Positions 44,658 to 53,904 of a DNA stretch of 64,000 nucleotides are shown here, piece after piece; the stretch's first letter is position 1; every line of letters starts with the position of its first letter. Position numbers and translations under genes: made by a program. A model generated the notes under the pieces. The model did no database searches, was not told where the DNA came from, and saw only the letters and a list, made by a program, of their open reading frames with translations. This stretch comes from Synergistales bacterium. Its GTDB lineage: Bacteria > Synergistota > Synergistia > Synergistales > JAFGMB01. The stretch is from contig OY762654.1 of NCBI GenBank assembly GCA_963666205.1, forward strand, positions 672,001-736,000. Direction: 5' to 3'.

Positions 44658-46526
44658 CTAAAGCCCGAGCTCCTTTATTTTTAATGGACCAGGAATACCG
44701 TTTTTATTCCACCCCCGAGCCAAATAATATTCATCCAGCATTGAATCGTAATCCCTAATAGCACAATCATCTACCCCGCAATATTTACCAGATACAGGTT
44801 TCTCAAGTACCCTTGAGGGCAGATAATCATCTTTACGGGCAAAACCTTCCCTTATATTAAAAAGCCTCTGAAGGTTGTTCACTCTTTCACCTGTAGTAAG
44901 CAGTTCCCTGCCCGAAATATCCCAACCCGTAACTGAAGAGAGGAGGTCAGCATATATCTCGAGGTCAATTCCCATATACATATAGAACTTGCACGTTCCA
45001 AGCACATCCGGTATTACGCCTCCATCCTGCAGGATCTTGACAATCGCACCTTTGCCCTGCTCATCCCATCTGTCCACAAGAAGGGGGTCTGGAAGTCCCA
45101 TGGACTGAAGGCCAAAATCGATCTTTTGACTGTCATAAGCTTGAGCTTCAACGGGGTGGATGTGACACATTCCCCTATTGCCTGTTCCATAGGCAAGGGC
45201 AAGACATTTCCCAGATCTGGGATCATGGGCAGGCCCCTCCAGGCCTTTACAGTGAATCGCAAAGGAACGGGAAGCATCTCCTATGAAATCCGAAGCAGCC
45301 CTGACTCCCTTAGCCATGAGATCCCCAATGTCCTCCCTGAGAGCGATCTTCCTGATCATAACAGGAAGGTTTTCCTTTTCGCCCCAGTTCAAGCCAGACT
45401 CTTCTTCATGAATATCCTTTAAAAGGCCCTTTTCCTTGCACTCCATGAAAAATCCAATCACAGCACCTGTAGATATGGTATCAAGGCCATATTCATTGCA
45501 TAAATAGGAAGAATGAACAGCCGCATCAACATCACTGTTCATTATGAATGCTGTAAACGCTGCTATAGATTCATACTCTCCGCCATCATGTTCAGGGGTA
45601 CCGAAGGGCCCGTCAGGAACATGAACCCTGCGTCCACACCTGGCAGGACAGCCGGTATAACATCCCTGTTCCTTTATCTGGTTCCGTGCAAAAAAATGCT
45701 TTGAAATATCCACACCATTACCCCAGGAATTTGATGCCCAGTTCCTCGTAGGGAAATCACCCAACCTGTCACTGTGTTCCAATCCTCCCATGGTTCCCTG
45801 GGAACTGAAGAATGGAGTTGAAGGATCACTTTGCACTATCCCGTGAGCCTTCCGGATCTTTTTCATGAATTTTTCTCTATCAAACAAAGGGACTGATTTA
45901 TTCCCCCTCACTGCTACTGCAAGAAGGTTTTTGCTCCCCATCACAGCACCTCCGCCGCATCTCCCTGCAGCTCTGTGGCCATTCATAACTGTAGCAAAGG
46001 GAACAAGGTTTTCACCGGCCGGACCAATGGTAATGATCTCAAAACCACCTTCATTAAGTTCTTCTCTGATCCGCGTATCCTTTTCCAGTACAAGCAAACC
46101 CTCTAGAGAAGTCCCTTCACGAAACGAAACCATCCCGTTGTCGACAACAAGGTATACGGGAGAGGAGGATCTTCCCTCGATAAGAATATAGTCATATCCA
46201 GACTTCTTCATGGCAAAACCGTAGTTAGAACCCAGACGGGCTTCACCCCAGGCTCCTGTCAGGGGCGATTTGAAACATATTTCAATGCTACCACCCCCGG
46301 GAACCTGTGGCAGGGTAAGAGGACCAGTAGCTATAAAAATTTTATTACCTGGAGAAAGGGGGACCGTTCCTGAAGGTATCTCATCATAAAGGAATCTTGC
46401 ACCGATCCCTACTCCACCAAGATACTGCCTGAGCAGCTTTTCTTCCATCTTTTCGACGGAGTAAATCCTTTCAGTAAGGTCAATTCGCAAGAGGCTTCCT
46501 GCGTATCCAAACAATTCCTCTTTCAT
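44658..46526 (-). CDS. Aldehyde:ferredoxin oxidoreductase (tungstopterin AOR family)
   Basis: GYAG-LLRIDL, KSPLTG, IGPAGEN, AGRCG-GAVMGSKNL, CxxCxxxC, EYES, GLDTISTG, HDPR, YYLARGW. Confidence 0.92.
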   Translation of the reverse strand: MKEELFGYAGSLLRIDLTERIYSVEKMEEKLLRQYLGGVGIGARFLYDEIPSGTVPLSPGNKIFIATGPLTLPQVPGGGSIEICFKSPLTGAWGEARLGSNYGFAMKKSGYDYILIEGRSSSPVYLVVDNGMVSFREGTSLEGLLVLEKDTRIREELNEGGFEIITIGPAGENLVPFATVMNGHRAAGRCGGGAVMGSKNLLAVAVRGNKSVPLFDREKFMKKIRKAHGIVQSDPSTPFFSSQGTMGGLEHSDRLGDFPTRNWASNSWGNGVDISKHFFARNQIKEQGCYTGCPARCGRRVHVPDGPFGTPEHDGGEYESIAAFTAFIMNSDVDAAVHSSYLCNEYGLDTISTGAVIGFFMECKEKGLLKDIHEEESGLNWGEKENLPVMIRKIALREDIGDLMAKGVRAASDFIGDASRSFAIHCKGLEGPAHDPRSGKCLALAYGTGNRGMCHIHPVEAQAYDSQKIDFGLQSMGLPDPLLVDRWDEQGKGAIVKILQDGGVIPDVLGTCKFYMYMGIDLEIYADLLSSVTGWDISGRELLTTGERVNNLQRLFNIREGFARKDDYLPSRVLEKPVSGKYCGVDDCAIRDYDSMLDEYYLARGWNKNGIPGPLKIKELGL

Positions 46527-46613
46527 TTCAATCTACTCCTGTATTCTCAGATATCATAATTATACGGAATATTATAAATAAGGGAGGGCCAGGCCCCCCC
46601 TTGTCATATTAAC

Positions 46614-47543
46614 CTATTTTTTAATTAAACCTTCCGATATGAGATATTCCCTTGCTATATCCTCAGGGTCTTCGCCCTCATCAAATCTGTAGTTAAGTGC
46701 AGCCATGGTTTTCTCATCGATCTTGCCACTGAGCATGCTCAAGATATCCTTAACTTTAGGATATTTATCAAGGACTTCCATTCTTACAACATAAGCTGCA
46801 CTATATGCGGGGAAATATTCAAGGTCATCTTCAAGCATTACCAGATCAAGCTTCTTGATCCTTGAATCAGTGCTGTATGCAGCTATAACATCCACTTCTT
46901 CCTTGTCTATGGCCATGTACATCATTGAATACTGCATGGGAAGTACTTCCTTGAATTCGATCCCGTAGGCTTTAGACCAGCCAGGATAGGCATCGGGGCG
47001 AGTATCGAAGTTCTCATCCCCTCCTATTTTCCAGTCTTTGGCATATTGTTTAAGATCAGAAGCCTTCTTTAAATTGAATTTTTCTGCAGTCTCTCTTCTC
47101 ACTGCCATAACATAGGTATTATTGAATCCGAAGGGGTCGATCCAGGTAAAATTGAAGTTCTGTTCAAACCCTTCCTTGACTTTTCTGAAGGTTTCTTCTT
47201 TGGATAAATTAGGCCCTTCATAACGAAGGATCCCCGTTAACTGAGTACCAGTCCAGGTAACATATATATCAAGTTCTTTACCTACCATTGCCTGATGAAG
47301 CACTGAAGAAGCAGCAAATTCAGTACTGGTTTCAGTTTTCAGACTGGTATATTCATCCAGAAGCAGTTTTGCCATCCAGGCAAGGGTTATAGGTTCATTA
47401 ACTGTCTGGGCCCCCACTTTAAGTTTACCCTTGTAATTCATGGGATTATCCTCCGCTGCGACTCCGGCACCTGCAAAAAACGCAATTGCAAAGAGAACCA
47501 GTACTACCAGTGATACTGTCCTTGTGTACTTTCCGGTTAACAT
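46614..47543 (-). CDS. Osmoprotectant/quaternary-amine-type ABC transporter substrate-binding protein (OpuCC/OsmX-like)
   Basis: Signal peptide; DIYVTWTGT, GFNNTYVMAV, AYSTDSRI, LEDD-YFPAY. Confidence 0.87.
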   Translation of the reverse strand: MLTGKYTRTVSLVVLVLFAIAFFAGAGVAAEDNPMNYKGKLKVGAQTVNEPITLAWMAKLLLDEYTSLKTETSTEFAASSVLHQAMVGKELDIYVTWTGTQLTGILRYEGPNLSKEETFRKVKEGFEQNFNFTWIDPFGFNNTYVMAVRRETAEKFNLKKASDLKQYAKDWKIGGDENFDTRPDAYPGWSKAYGIEFKEVLPMQYSMMYMAIDKEEVDVIAAYSTDSRIKKLDLVMLEDDLEYFPAYSAAYVVRMEVLDKYPKVKDILSMLSGKIDEKTMAALNYRFDEGEDPEDIAREYLISEGLIKK

Positions 47544-47560
47544 GTATATCTTCCCCTTTC

Positions 47561-48262
47561 TTATTCTGTAAGATCTATACCAAGTTTCTCCGCTTTTCTA
47601 GCCATTCTTTTCGCCCTTTTTCGAGGGCTGTAATATTCCTGAAGGGATTTCAGAAACTGGTCTGCAAGCAGGGCAATTATTGTAGCCGGGATAGCACCTG
47701 CCAGTATTATTTCATACCTTATTGATGCCAGGCCTGAAAATATCAACTTGCCAAGCCCCCCTCCTCCTATGGCTGAAGCAAGTGTAGCCGTTCCAATTAT
47801 CCATACTGTAGCCACCCTTATTCCTGCAAGGAGAACGGGACGGGCTATGGGGAGCTGGACTTTCAGGAGAATCTGAAAATCAGTCATACCCATACCCTTA
47901 GCGGCCTGAACCAGATGCCTGGGGACACTTCTGATACCTGTGTAAGTATTCTGAATGACCGGCAACATGGCATAAAGGAAAAGAGCACAGATAGCATTAT
48001 CATTACCGATTCCGAAGAACAATATCAGAAATCCCAGAAGGGCAAGGCTTGGAATTGTCTGAAAAACATTAGCCAGACCAATAACATAGGGCGCAAGCTT
48101 TTCTTTTCTGGTGATATATATTCCCAGGGGGACACAGATAATAAGGGTCAGAGCAAGGGCTATAGCCGATATGGTCAGATGCTGTAATGTCAGTTTGAGA
48201 ATCCTGGGATAATATCTTGTAACGTATTTAAAAAATAGTACCAGAAGGTTATGCTGCATCAT
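47561..48262 (-). CDS. OpuC-type ABC transporter permease
   Basis: QTIPSLALL, NTYTGI, AAKGMGMT, IGGGGLG. Confidence 0.9.
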   Translation of the reverse strand: MMQHNLLVLFFKYVTRYYPRILKLTLQHLTISAIALALTLIICVPLGIYITRKEKLAPYVIGLANVFQTIPSLALLGFLILFFGIGNDNAICALFLYAMLPVIQNTYTGIRSVPRHLVQAAKGMGMTDFQILLKVQLPIARPVLLAGIRVATVWIIGTATLASAIGGGGLGKLIFSGLASIRYEIILAGAIPATIIALLADQFLKSLQEYYSPRKRAKRMARKAEKLGIDLTE

Positions 48263-49446
48263 GCTGATCCACCTCCTGTCACTCGTCGTTTCAGTCTTCC
48301 AATAGTGAGCCGGGCTATTCCGGCTTCAGTAATTACCCCAAGAAAAATATCATGTTCGTCAATGACCGGAATAGCATAGGGTCGATCGGCAAGCATTTCT
48401 GCTGCATCCCTCATGGTTGCCTCTTCCAGGTACAGTTTACGGTCCCTTCTGACGGCATCCCTTACCGAACCACCATTCCTGGATATTCGTTTAACATCCC
48501 TAAGATAGGCCATCCCTAACCATCGGTCGGCCCGTCTGTCGACTACCTGGATACATTCCATATCCTCATCTTCCATCATTGACAGGACATCAGATGCAGA
48601 TTGCTCCGGGTAGGCCTTTGCCCATGGATCCTCAACAAGGACGGCAACGGAGTCTTCCGGAGATATCTGGGAAAGCCTGTCTTCTCCGATGAAATTACGT
48701 ACAAATTCGGTGGCAGGATTTTCCTGGATCTGTGCAGGAGAACCCATCTGTTCAATCTTGCCCGACCTCATGATAACGACCCTGTCAGAAATCTTCAGTG
48801 CCTCGTCCATGTCATGAGTAACGAAAATAATGGTCTTATGAAGTTGTTCCTGGATTGACAGAAGTTCGTTCTGCAGTACCTCTCTGCTTATAGGGTCCAG
48901 CGCTCCAAAGGGTTCGTCCATAAGAATAACTTCAGGTTCTGCAGCAAGGGCCCTGAGTACGCCTATCCTTTGTTTCTGTCCCCCGCTCAACTGGTCTGGA
49001 AGTCTGTACCGGTATTTGGAGGGTTCCAGACCAGACATCTCCAGAAGTTCGTCCACCCTTTTCATGATCTTTTTACGGGGCCAGTTATGAAGCTTCGGGA
49101 CTATTCCAATATTCTCTGCTACGGACATATGAGGCATCAGTGCAATTTCCTGAACGACGTATCCAATGCCCCTTCTCAACTGTACCGGGTCGAAGGACAT
49201 AATATCCTTCCCTGCGACAAGGATCTTTCCCGAAGTACATTCCTCCAGCCTGTTAACCATTTTCAGAGTGGTGGTTTTACCACATCCGCTTGGCCCTATC
49301 AGACTTACCAGTTCTCCCTTTTCAATAATAAGATTCAGGTTTTCTACTGCTACGGTCGAATCTTCATAGACCTTTCTTACATCCTGAAAGACGACCATAC
49401 CATTATCCAGAGCCGGTTCATTTTCAGGTAAGGCTATCTGTGTCAA
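48259..49446 (-). CDS. OpuCA/ProV-type ABC ATP-binding protein with CBS pair
   Basis: GPSGCGKTT, LSGGQKQR, LMDEPFGALD, VTHDMDEA, C-terminal CBS-like region. Confidence 0.9.
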   Translation of the reverse strand: MTQIALPENEPALDNGMVVFQDVRKVYEDSTVAVENLNLIIEKGELVSLIGPSGCGKTTTLKMVNRLEECTSGKILVAGKDIMSFDPVQLRRGIGYVVQEIALMPHMSVAENIGIVPKLHNWPRKKIMKRVDELLEMSGLEPSKYRYRLPDQLSGGQKQRIGVLRALAAEPEVILMDEPFGALDPISREVLQNELLSIQEQLHKTIIFVTHDMDEALKISDRVVIMRSGKIEQMGSPAQIQENPATEFVRNFIGEDRLSQISPEDSVAVLVEDPWAKAYPEQSASDVLSMMEDEDMECIQVVDRRADRWLGMAYLRDVKRISRNGGSVRDAVRRDRKLYLEEATMRDAAEMLADRPYAIPVIDEHDIFLGVITEAGIARLTIGRLKRRVTGGGSA

Positions 49447-49448
49447 GG

Positions 49449-50564
49449 TTAATCATCCTTCCTCAATTGATCCAGAACAGAAGTAAAATTTCGAAGTAAA
49501 CTGGAATTTTCATCAGGAGTACCCACCGTTATCCTGATAGATCTTGAATACCCCCAGCCCGAACAGGGACGAATTATTATCCCTCTATCCAGCAAAGCTT
49601 CTGTGACAACAGAAGCTTCAAGGGGAGTTGTCACAAAAATAAAGTTGGATTGGGATTGGACGGGATCAAGACCCATTTCTTCAAATGCATCGAAGAGTTT
49701 CATCCTCTCCGCTCTTATCTTTGAAATAGCTTCTTTACATTCTTCCATATCCTTCTGCAGTGTCGCAAGTGCTCCTGCTATACCAACCCGGTTAGCATTA
49801 AAGGGTTCCGACACAGTATCTATGATGGTGGCAATTTCCTTTCGACAGAGGGCATATCCGACCCTTGCTCCCGCTAGAGCATAGGCTTTGGAAAAGGTTC
49901 TGACAGACACGATGTTCTTTCCCTTTTCTATATACGAAGATATGTCGGGCAGATTATCCGGGTCTGCAAATTCTGCATATGCCTCATCCAGAACTATCCA
50001 GCACGTTGCCGGTATTTCTTCGAGAAGTATATCCAGGCTTTCTTTCCTGAACATGGTCCCTGTAGGGTTATTCGGGTTATTAAGCCAGATAAGCTTTGTC
50101 CTGGAAGAAACTGCTTTCCTGATGGATGCCATATCAATATAAAAATTATCTTTCATTGGGATTCTTATAATATCTGCTCCCATAAGTTTGGATATCTCCG
50201 AGTAAAGAGGGTAAGTTGCAACAGGGATCAGAACTTCATCTCCAGGTTCGATAAAGGTTTTACCCAGGGTCTGTAGCATCCCCTCGGCTCCATGGGATAT
50301 GCAGATATTTTCGCCTTTAAGACGATAGAGACCAGCAATGGCATCCTTGATTTTCTTGAAGGAAACATCGGGGTAAGTATTAAGTTTGACAAGTTCCTTT
50401 TCCATATATTCCAGGGCAGCAGGGAACGGACCATATGGGTTCTCGTTCGAACCCAGTTTAATCACATTACTGAGACCTTTTTCGCAGATCACTTCTTCAG
50501 TAGTCTTACCAGGAACATATGGTTCTACATTAAGAACTGCTTTTCTGATTCCGTCCAGTGACAT
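49449..50564 (-). CDS. HisC-family PLP aminotransferase (histidinol-phosphate/aromatic aminotransferase-like)
   Basis: IKLGSNENP, NPNNPTG, LDEAYAEF, RTFSKAYALAGARVGY, RITVGT. The catabolic context argues against assuming a His-biosynthetic role. Confidence 0.85.
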   Translation of the reverse strand: MSLDGIRKAVLNVEPYVPGKTTEEVICEKGLSNVIKLGSNENPYGPFPAALEYMEKELVKLNTYPDVSFKKIKDAIAGLYRLKGENICISHGAEGMLQTLGKTFIEPGDEVLIPVATYPLYSEISKLMGADIIRIPMKDNFYIDMASIRKAVSSRTKLIWLNNPNNPTGTMFRKESLDILLEEIPATCWIVLDEAYAEFADPDNLPDISSYIEKGKNIVSVRTFSKAYALAGARVGYALCRKEIATIIDTVSEPFNANRVGIAGALATLQKDMEECKEAISKIRAERMKLFDAFEEMGLDPVQSQSNFIFVTTPLEASVVTEALLDRGIIIRPCSGWGYSRSIRITVGTPDENSSLLRNFTSVLDQLRKDD

Positions 50565-50567
50565 ATC

Positions 50568-52184
50568 TCAATAACACTCCTTCACTTTTATTTCTATCAG
50601 GGTAGGTCCCTTTTCATCAAAGGCCTGGCCAAGGATGCCGGGAAGTTCTTCAATAAAGGTAACAGTGTTTCCCTTTATTCCGTAGGCCCTTGCCAGGGCT
50701 GTGTAATCAAGACATTTATGGTCAACAGCAATGGTCTTGCCAGGATGACGGCCATTCTGATTCCGCCTGATCTCACCGTAGCCACAGTCATTCCAGACAA
50801 TAATGGGGAGAGTTAACCGAAGTTCTGATGCCACTGCAAGCTCAGGAAGAGTGAACTGGAATCCACCATCTCCAGCAAGAACACAGATCGCCTTGTCCGG
50901 GCAGGCCATTTTACTGCCTATTGCACCAGGGAGAGCTACTCCCAGGGTACCGAACCCCACCGGGTGAAGAAAAGATCTGGCTCCGGGGGAAGAGAACTCA
51001 CTGATCCCTACATAAGCAGGAGAAGTCATATCAGTCCAGATGGAGCCATCTTCGGGCAGACATCTCCTTATAATATTCATTAAAAGGACCATTGCGGGGA
51101 GTTCCTCACCCATACCGGTAACTTCGCCCAGGGATGCATAGCAGGTCTCTCTAAGCTTTATAACTTCTTCAGTCTTTACATGGCTATCGGCTTTACTCTT
51201 AATTTCACTGTCCAGAAACATTTGCACAACATCTTTTACATCACCCTCTATACCTATGTTACAGGTACGCTGATTGAAAAAAGATCCGGGATCAATATTT
51301 ACACATATAAGTTCCTTCCCAAGATCAATGGATCTTTTCCAGAAATCCGTAGGAGAAAATTCTGTACCCAGTGCTATAACAAGATCACTCTTTTGGAGGT
51401 AATCCTGAACAACAGGGAAATGAATACGGGCTCCAAGAGAAAGAGGATGGTCCTCTCTTACAACGCCCTTACCAGCACAAGTCGAAATTACAGGCGCTGA
51501 AATCGTTTCAGCCAGAAATGTAATCTCCTGACCGCATTTTACAGCTCCCCCACCAACCAGTATTACCGGATCTGTTGAACTTGAAATCTTCTCCACTGCA
51601 GATCTGGCAAGATCACTTCTGAAAATCAGACTATCAGGGCAGGAAGGTAAATTCTGATTGTCTACAGGCTGTTTCATAGCGAGTATATCCAGTGGTATCT
51701 CCACGTGGACAGGACCAGGCCGTCCTGAGATAGACAGGTGATAAGCTTCAAAAATCGACATCTCTATGGCAGAATGGCTCTCTACTCGACGACTTTCCTT
51801 GGAAACGGATGATACAAGCTGAGTGGAATTCCTTAATTCGTGAAGATAACCTGACCGGTAATGCAATGCAGATGTTTCTATCTGGCTTGATATGACAAGC
51901 ATGGGAATTGAATCATGATAAGCCTGCCCCATAGGAGTGATAATGTTGGTTAATCCAGGGCCAGTTATTACAAGGGCTACTCCGGGTTTACCGGATATTC
52001 TCGCATATCCGTCGGCCATAAAACCAGCACCCTGTTCATGCCTTGCCCCTACAGCAGTAATGGAACTTCCCATAAGATATTCATAAATATCCAGATTATG
52101 AATGCCGGGAATCCCGAATATATGTTCGACACCGAGTTTTTCCAAAGCCTGAATTACCAGTTCTCCTCCTGTTTTTAATTCCAT
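50568..52184 (-). CDS. ThDP-dependent 2-oxoacid decarboxylase (AruI / 5-guanidino-2-oxopentanoate decarboxylase-like)
   Basis: FGIPGIHNL, RHEQGAGFMADGYAR, GPGLTN, GYLHE, GFGTLG, GDGG...WND ThDP motif. Confidence 0.78.
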   Translation of the reverse strand: MELKTGGELVIQALEKLGVEHIFGIPGIHNLDIYEYLMGSSITAVGARHEQGAGFMADGYARISGKPGVALVITGPGLTNIITPMGQAYHDSIPMLVISSQIETSALHYRSGYLHELRNSTQLVSSVSKESRRVESHSAIEMSIFEAYHLSISGRPGPVHVEIPLDILAMKQPVDNQNLPSCPDSLIFRSDLARSAVEKISSSTDPVILVGGGAVKCGQEITFLAETISAPVISTCAGKGVVREDHPLSLGARIHFPVVQDYLQKSDLVIALGTEFSPTDFWKRSIDLGKELICVNIDPGSFFNQRTCNIGIEGDVKDVVQMFLDSEIKSKADSHVKTEEVIKLRETCYASLGEVTGMGEELPAMVLLMNIIRRCLPEDGSIWTDMTSPAYVGISEFSSPGARSFLHPVGFGTLGVALPGAIGSKMACPDKAICVLAGDGGFQFTLPELAVASELRLTLPIIVWNDCGYGEIRRNQNGRHPGKTIAVDHKCLDYTALARAYGIKGNTVTFIEELPGILGQAFDEKGPTLIEIKVKECY

Positions 52185-52452
52185 CCAATCACCATCCCTA
52201 TATTTATATTATTTTCCACTACAAAACAGCTTCAGCTGAGTGAAGAAAGGGCAGGTCTGATATCCAAAAAGAGAGCTAAATGGGAATATATTTTTTTATT
52301 TATTTGGGAAAACCAGAAATTCTATCCCCACTTAATACTGTGGGGCAAACATACCCTCTTCACAAACTGAACATACACAAATTTTGACTTACGATATTTT
52401 GGCAGGAATATAGACCTGGAGAAAAGAAACAAATATTTAGAACCTAAGCTTC

Positions 52453-52501
52453 AAAATAACTCAAGAGCAATCAAATGTCAAATAAAAATTAACATTTGAT
52501 T
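52453..52501 (-). promoter_or_regulatory. Promoter and inverted-repeat operator of the decarboxylase-transaminase-ABC-AOR operon
   Basis: Minus strand TTGACA (52481-52476) -17 bp- TATTTT; IR AATCAAATGT-N13-ACATTTGATT (52469-52501) overlaps the -35. Confidence 0.55.
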
Positions 52502-52546
52502 AATAAATAGATTATTTTTTACTTTGTTTAGATATTAGTAAAATCA

Positions 52547-53260
52547 CTAAAACGTATTCACGTGAAGGCTTATCTTACCAGTACACCTACTCATATCCCT
52601 AGTCCCTCCACCCCTTGCGACTATCCTGGCAAGCTCCTGGACATCATTAATTGATCTTCCCAATACATATTCGATGGAAGAACCTTTGTAGACAGCAACC
52701 GAAAGAGGAGCAGAAGGCCCGACCAGCCAACATCTGCATGCCGAATCAGCAAGACTCTGCCAGGTTCCATTGACAACTGAACTTGCGCTGAGAATCAGAA
52801 GATCACTCTTCGAGGCCATCCGGCACCCCATATCAAGAGGCAGGCTTTCTCCATAATGGTCATCAATTACATGAGGTGTTATCCCTGACTTCACAATAGC
52901 CTTGTAAAGAGGCTCAATAAAACCTACCATTAATACTTTTTTACAATTTCCGAGGGACGGAATAATTTCCGAGACTTTTCCCTGAACACCAAGAATAGCA
53001 TTAACAACTGCCACAGCAGCGCAACGGTCACCGGGGTATGAAGAACCTGAAAGGTCAAGAAAGGAATTTACTGGAAGGGGAAGCTTAGAAAGAAAACTAA
53101 AAAGTTTTTCATTTCTGCTAACCTTTTCAGGAAAGGAAAAGGCAAGTCCTGCAGAATCATCATCCAGTACAGCCAGAGAGTACCGGATCCCTCTTATGAA
53201 CCTTTTTAACGATCTACCCTGAGCTTTTTCTCTTGCAAAAGAGAATAATTTTTCTTCCAT
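52547..53260 (-). CDS. DUF364/DUF4213-like Rossmann-fold protein
   Basis: AVAVVNA, KVLMVGFIEPL, LILSASSVVNGT, LVGPSAP pattern. Confidence 0.7.
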   Translation of the reverse strand: MEEKLFSFAREKAQGRSLKRFIRGIRYSLAVLDDDSAGLAFSFPEKVSRNEKLFSFLSKLPLPVNSFLDLSGSSYPGDRCAAVAVVNAILGVQGKVSEIIPSLGNCKKVLMVGFIEPLYKAIVKSGITPHVIDDHYGESLPLDMGCRMASKSDLLILSASSVVNGTWQSLADSACRCWLVGPSAPLSVAVYKGSSIEYVLGRSINDVQELARIVARGGGTRDMSRCTGKISLHVNTF

Positions 53261-53355
53261 CTAATATCTCAATCTCCTTTCACATAAGAAAAGACTTTTC
53301 TTTTCAATCTAAGACTATTATATTAGATAAATAACAAAATGAAGGAGGTGGTGTT

Positions 53356-53868
53356 ATGTCAACTAATATAGCGGTTCTTGTTGAAAAGGATTTTCACGAT
53401 CTTGAGTTCTGGTACCCCTACCTGCGTCTTGTCGAAGAGGGCCTTGACCCGGTGGTAGTAGCCCCTGTCGCACCTAGAGCCTACGTCGGGAAATATGGAA
53501 CCCAGATAGAAGCCAACTACACTCCAGCCAGTCTGGAAATGGATAATATTTCAGGGGTTGTTATCCCTGGAGGATGGGCTCCGGACAGACTCAGGATCTC
53601 TCCTGAAATAGTGCAGTTCGTAAGGGATGTCTATAACAAGGGAGGCGTTATCGCAGGAATATGTCACGCAGGCAGTCTGCTTGTTTCTGCCGGTATAATC
53701 AAAGGTAAACAGGTTACATCCTACTCAAGTATCAGGGACGATATGGTAATTGCAGGTGCTGAATGGTTAGATGAAGAGGTAGTTGTATGCGATAGGATAG
53801 TAACAAGCAGACGTCCGACTGATCTGCCATTTTTCATGAAGGCCCTGCTTAAGGAAATAAGAAAATGA
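53356..53868 (+). CDS. PfpI/DJ-1 family protein (type 1 glutamine amidotransferase-like)
   Basis: FHDLEFWYP, IPGGWAPD-LR, GICHAG, TSRRP-DL. Confidence 0.92.
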   Translation: MSTNIAVLVEKDFHDLEFWYPYLRLVEEGLDPVVVAPVAPRAYVGKYGTQIEANYTPASLEMDNISGVVIPGGWAPDRLRISPEIVQFVRDVYNKGGVIAGICHAGSLLVSAGIIKGKQVTSYSSIRDDMVIAGAEWLDEEVVVCDRIVTSRRPTDLPFFMKALLKEIRK

Positions 53869-53898
53869 AAGGAGCCCGCACTTTCCTGCGGGCTCCTT
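53869..53898. terminator. Bidirectional terminator
   Basis: AAGGAGCCCGCA / TGCGGGCTCCTT arms between the convergent pfpI-like and fadL-like genes. Confidence 0.75.
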
Positions 53899-53904
53899 GA
53901 GTCT

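Noticed and set aside
49449-52184. Biosynthetic hisC and ilvB assignments
   Set aside because: No other his or ilv genes and no AHAS small subunit are nearby; the transporter and AOR context suggests catabolism, so gene symbols were withheld.
52185-52450. Guanidine, lysine or SAM riboswitch ahead of the AruI-like operon
   Set aside because: I could not match the conserved cores of these aptamers by eye; kept only as an unexplained long leader.
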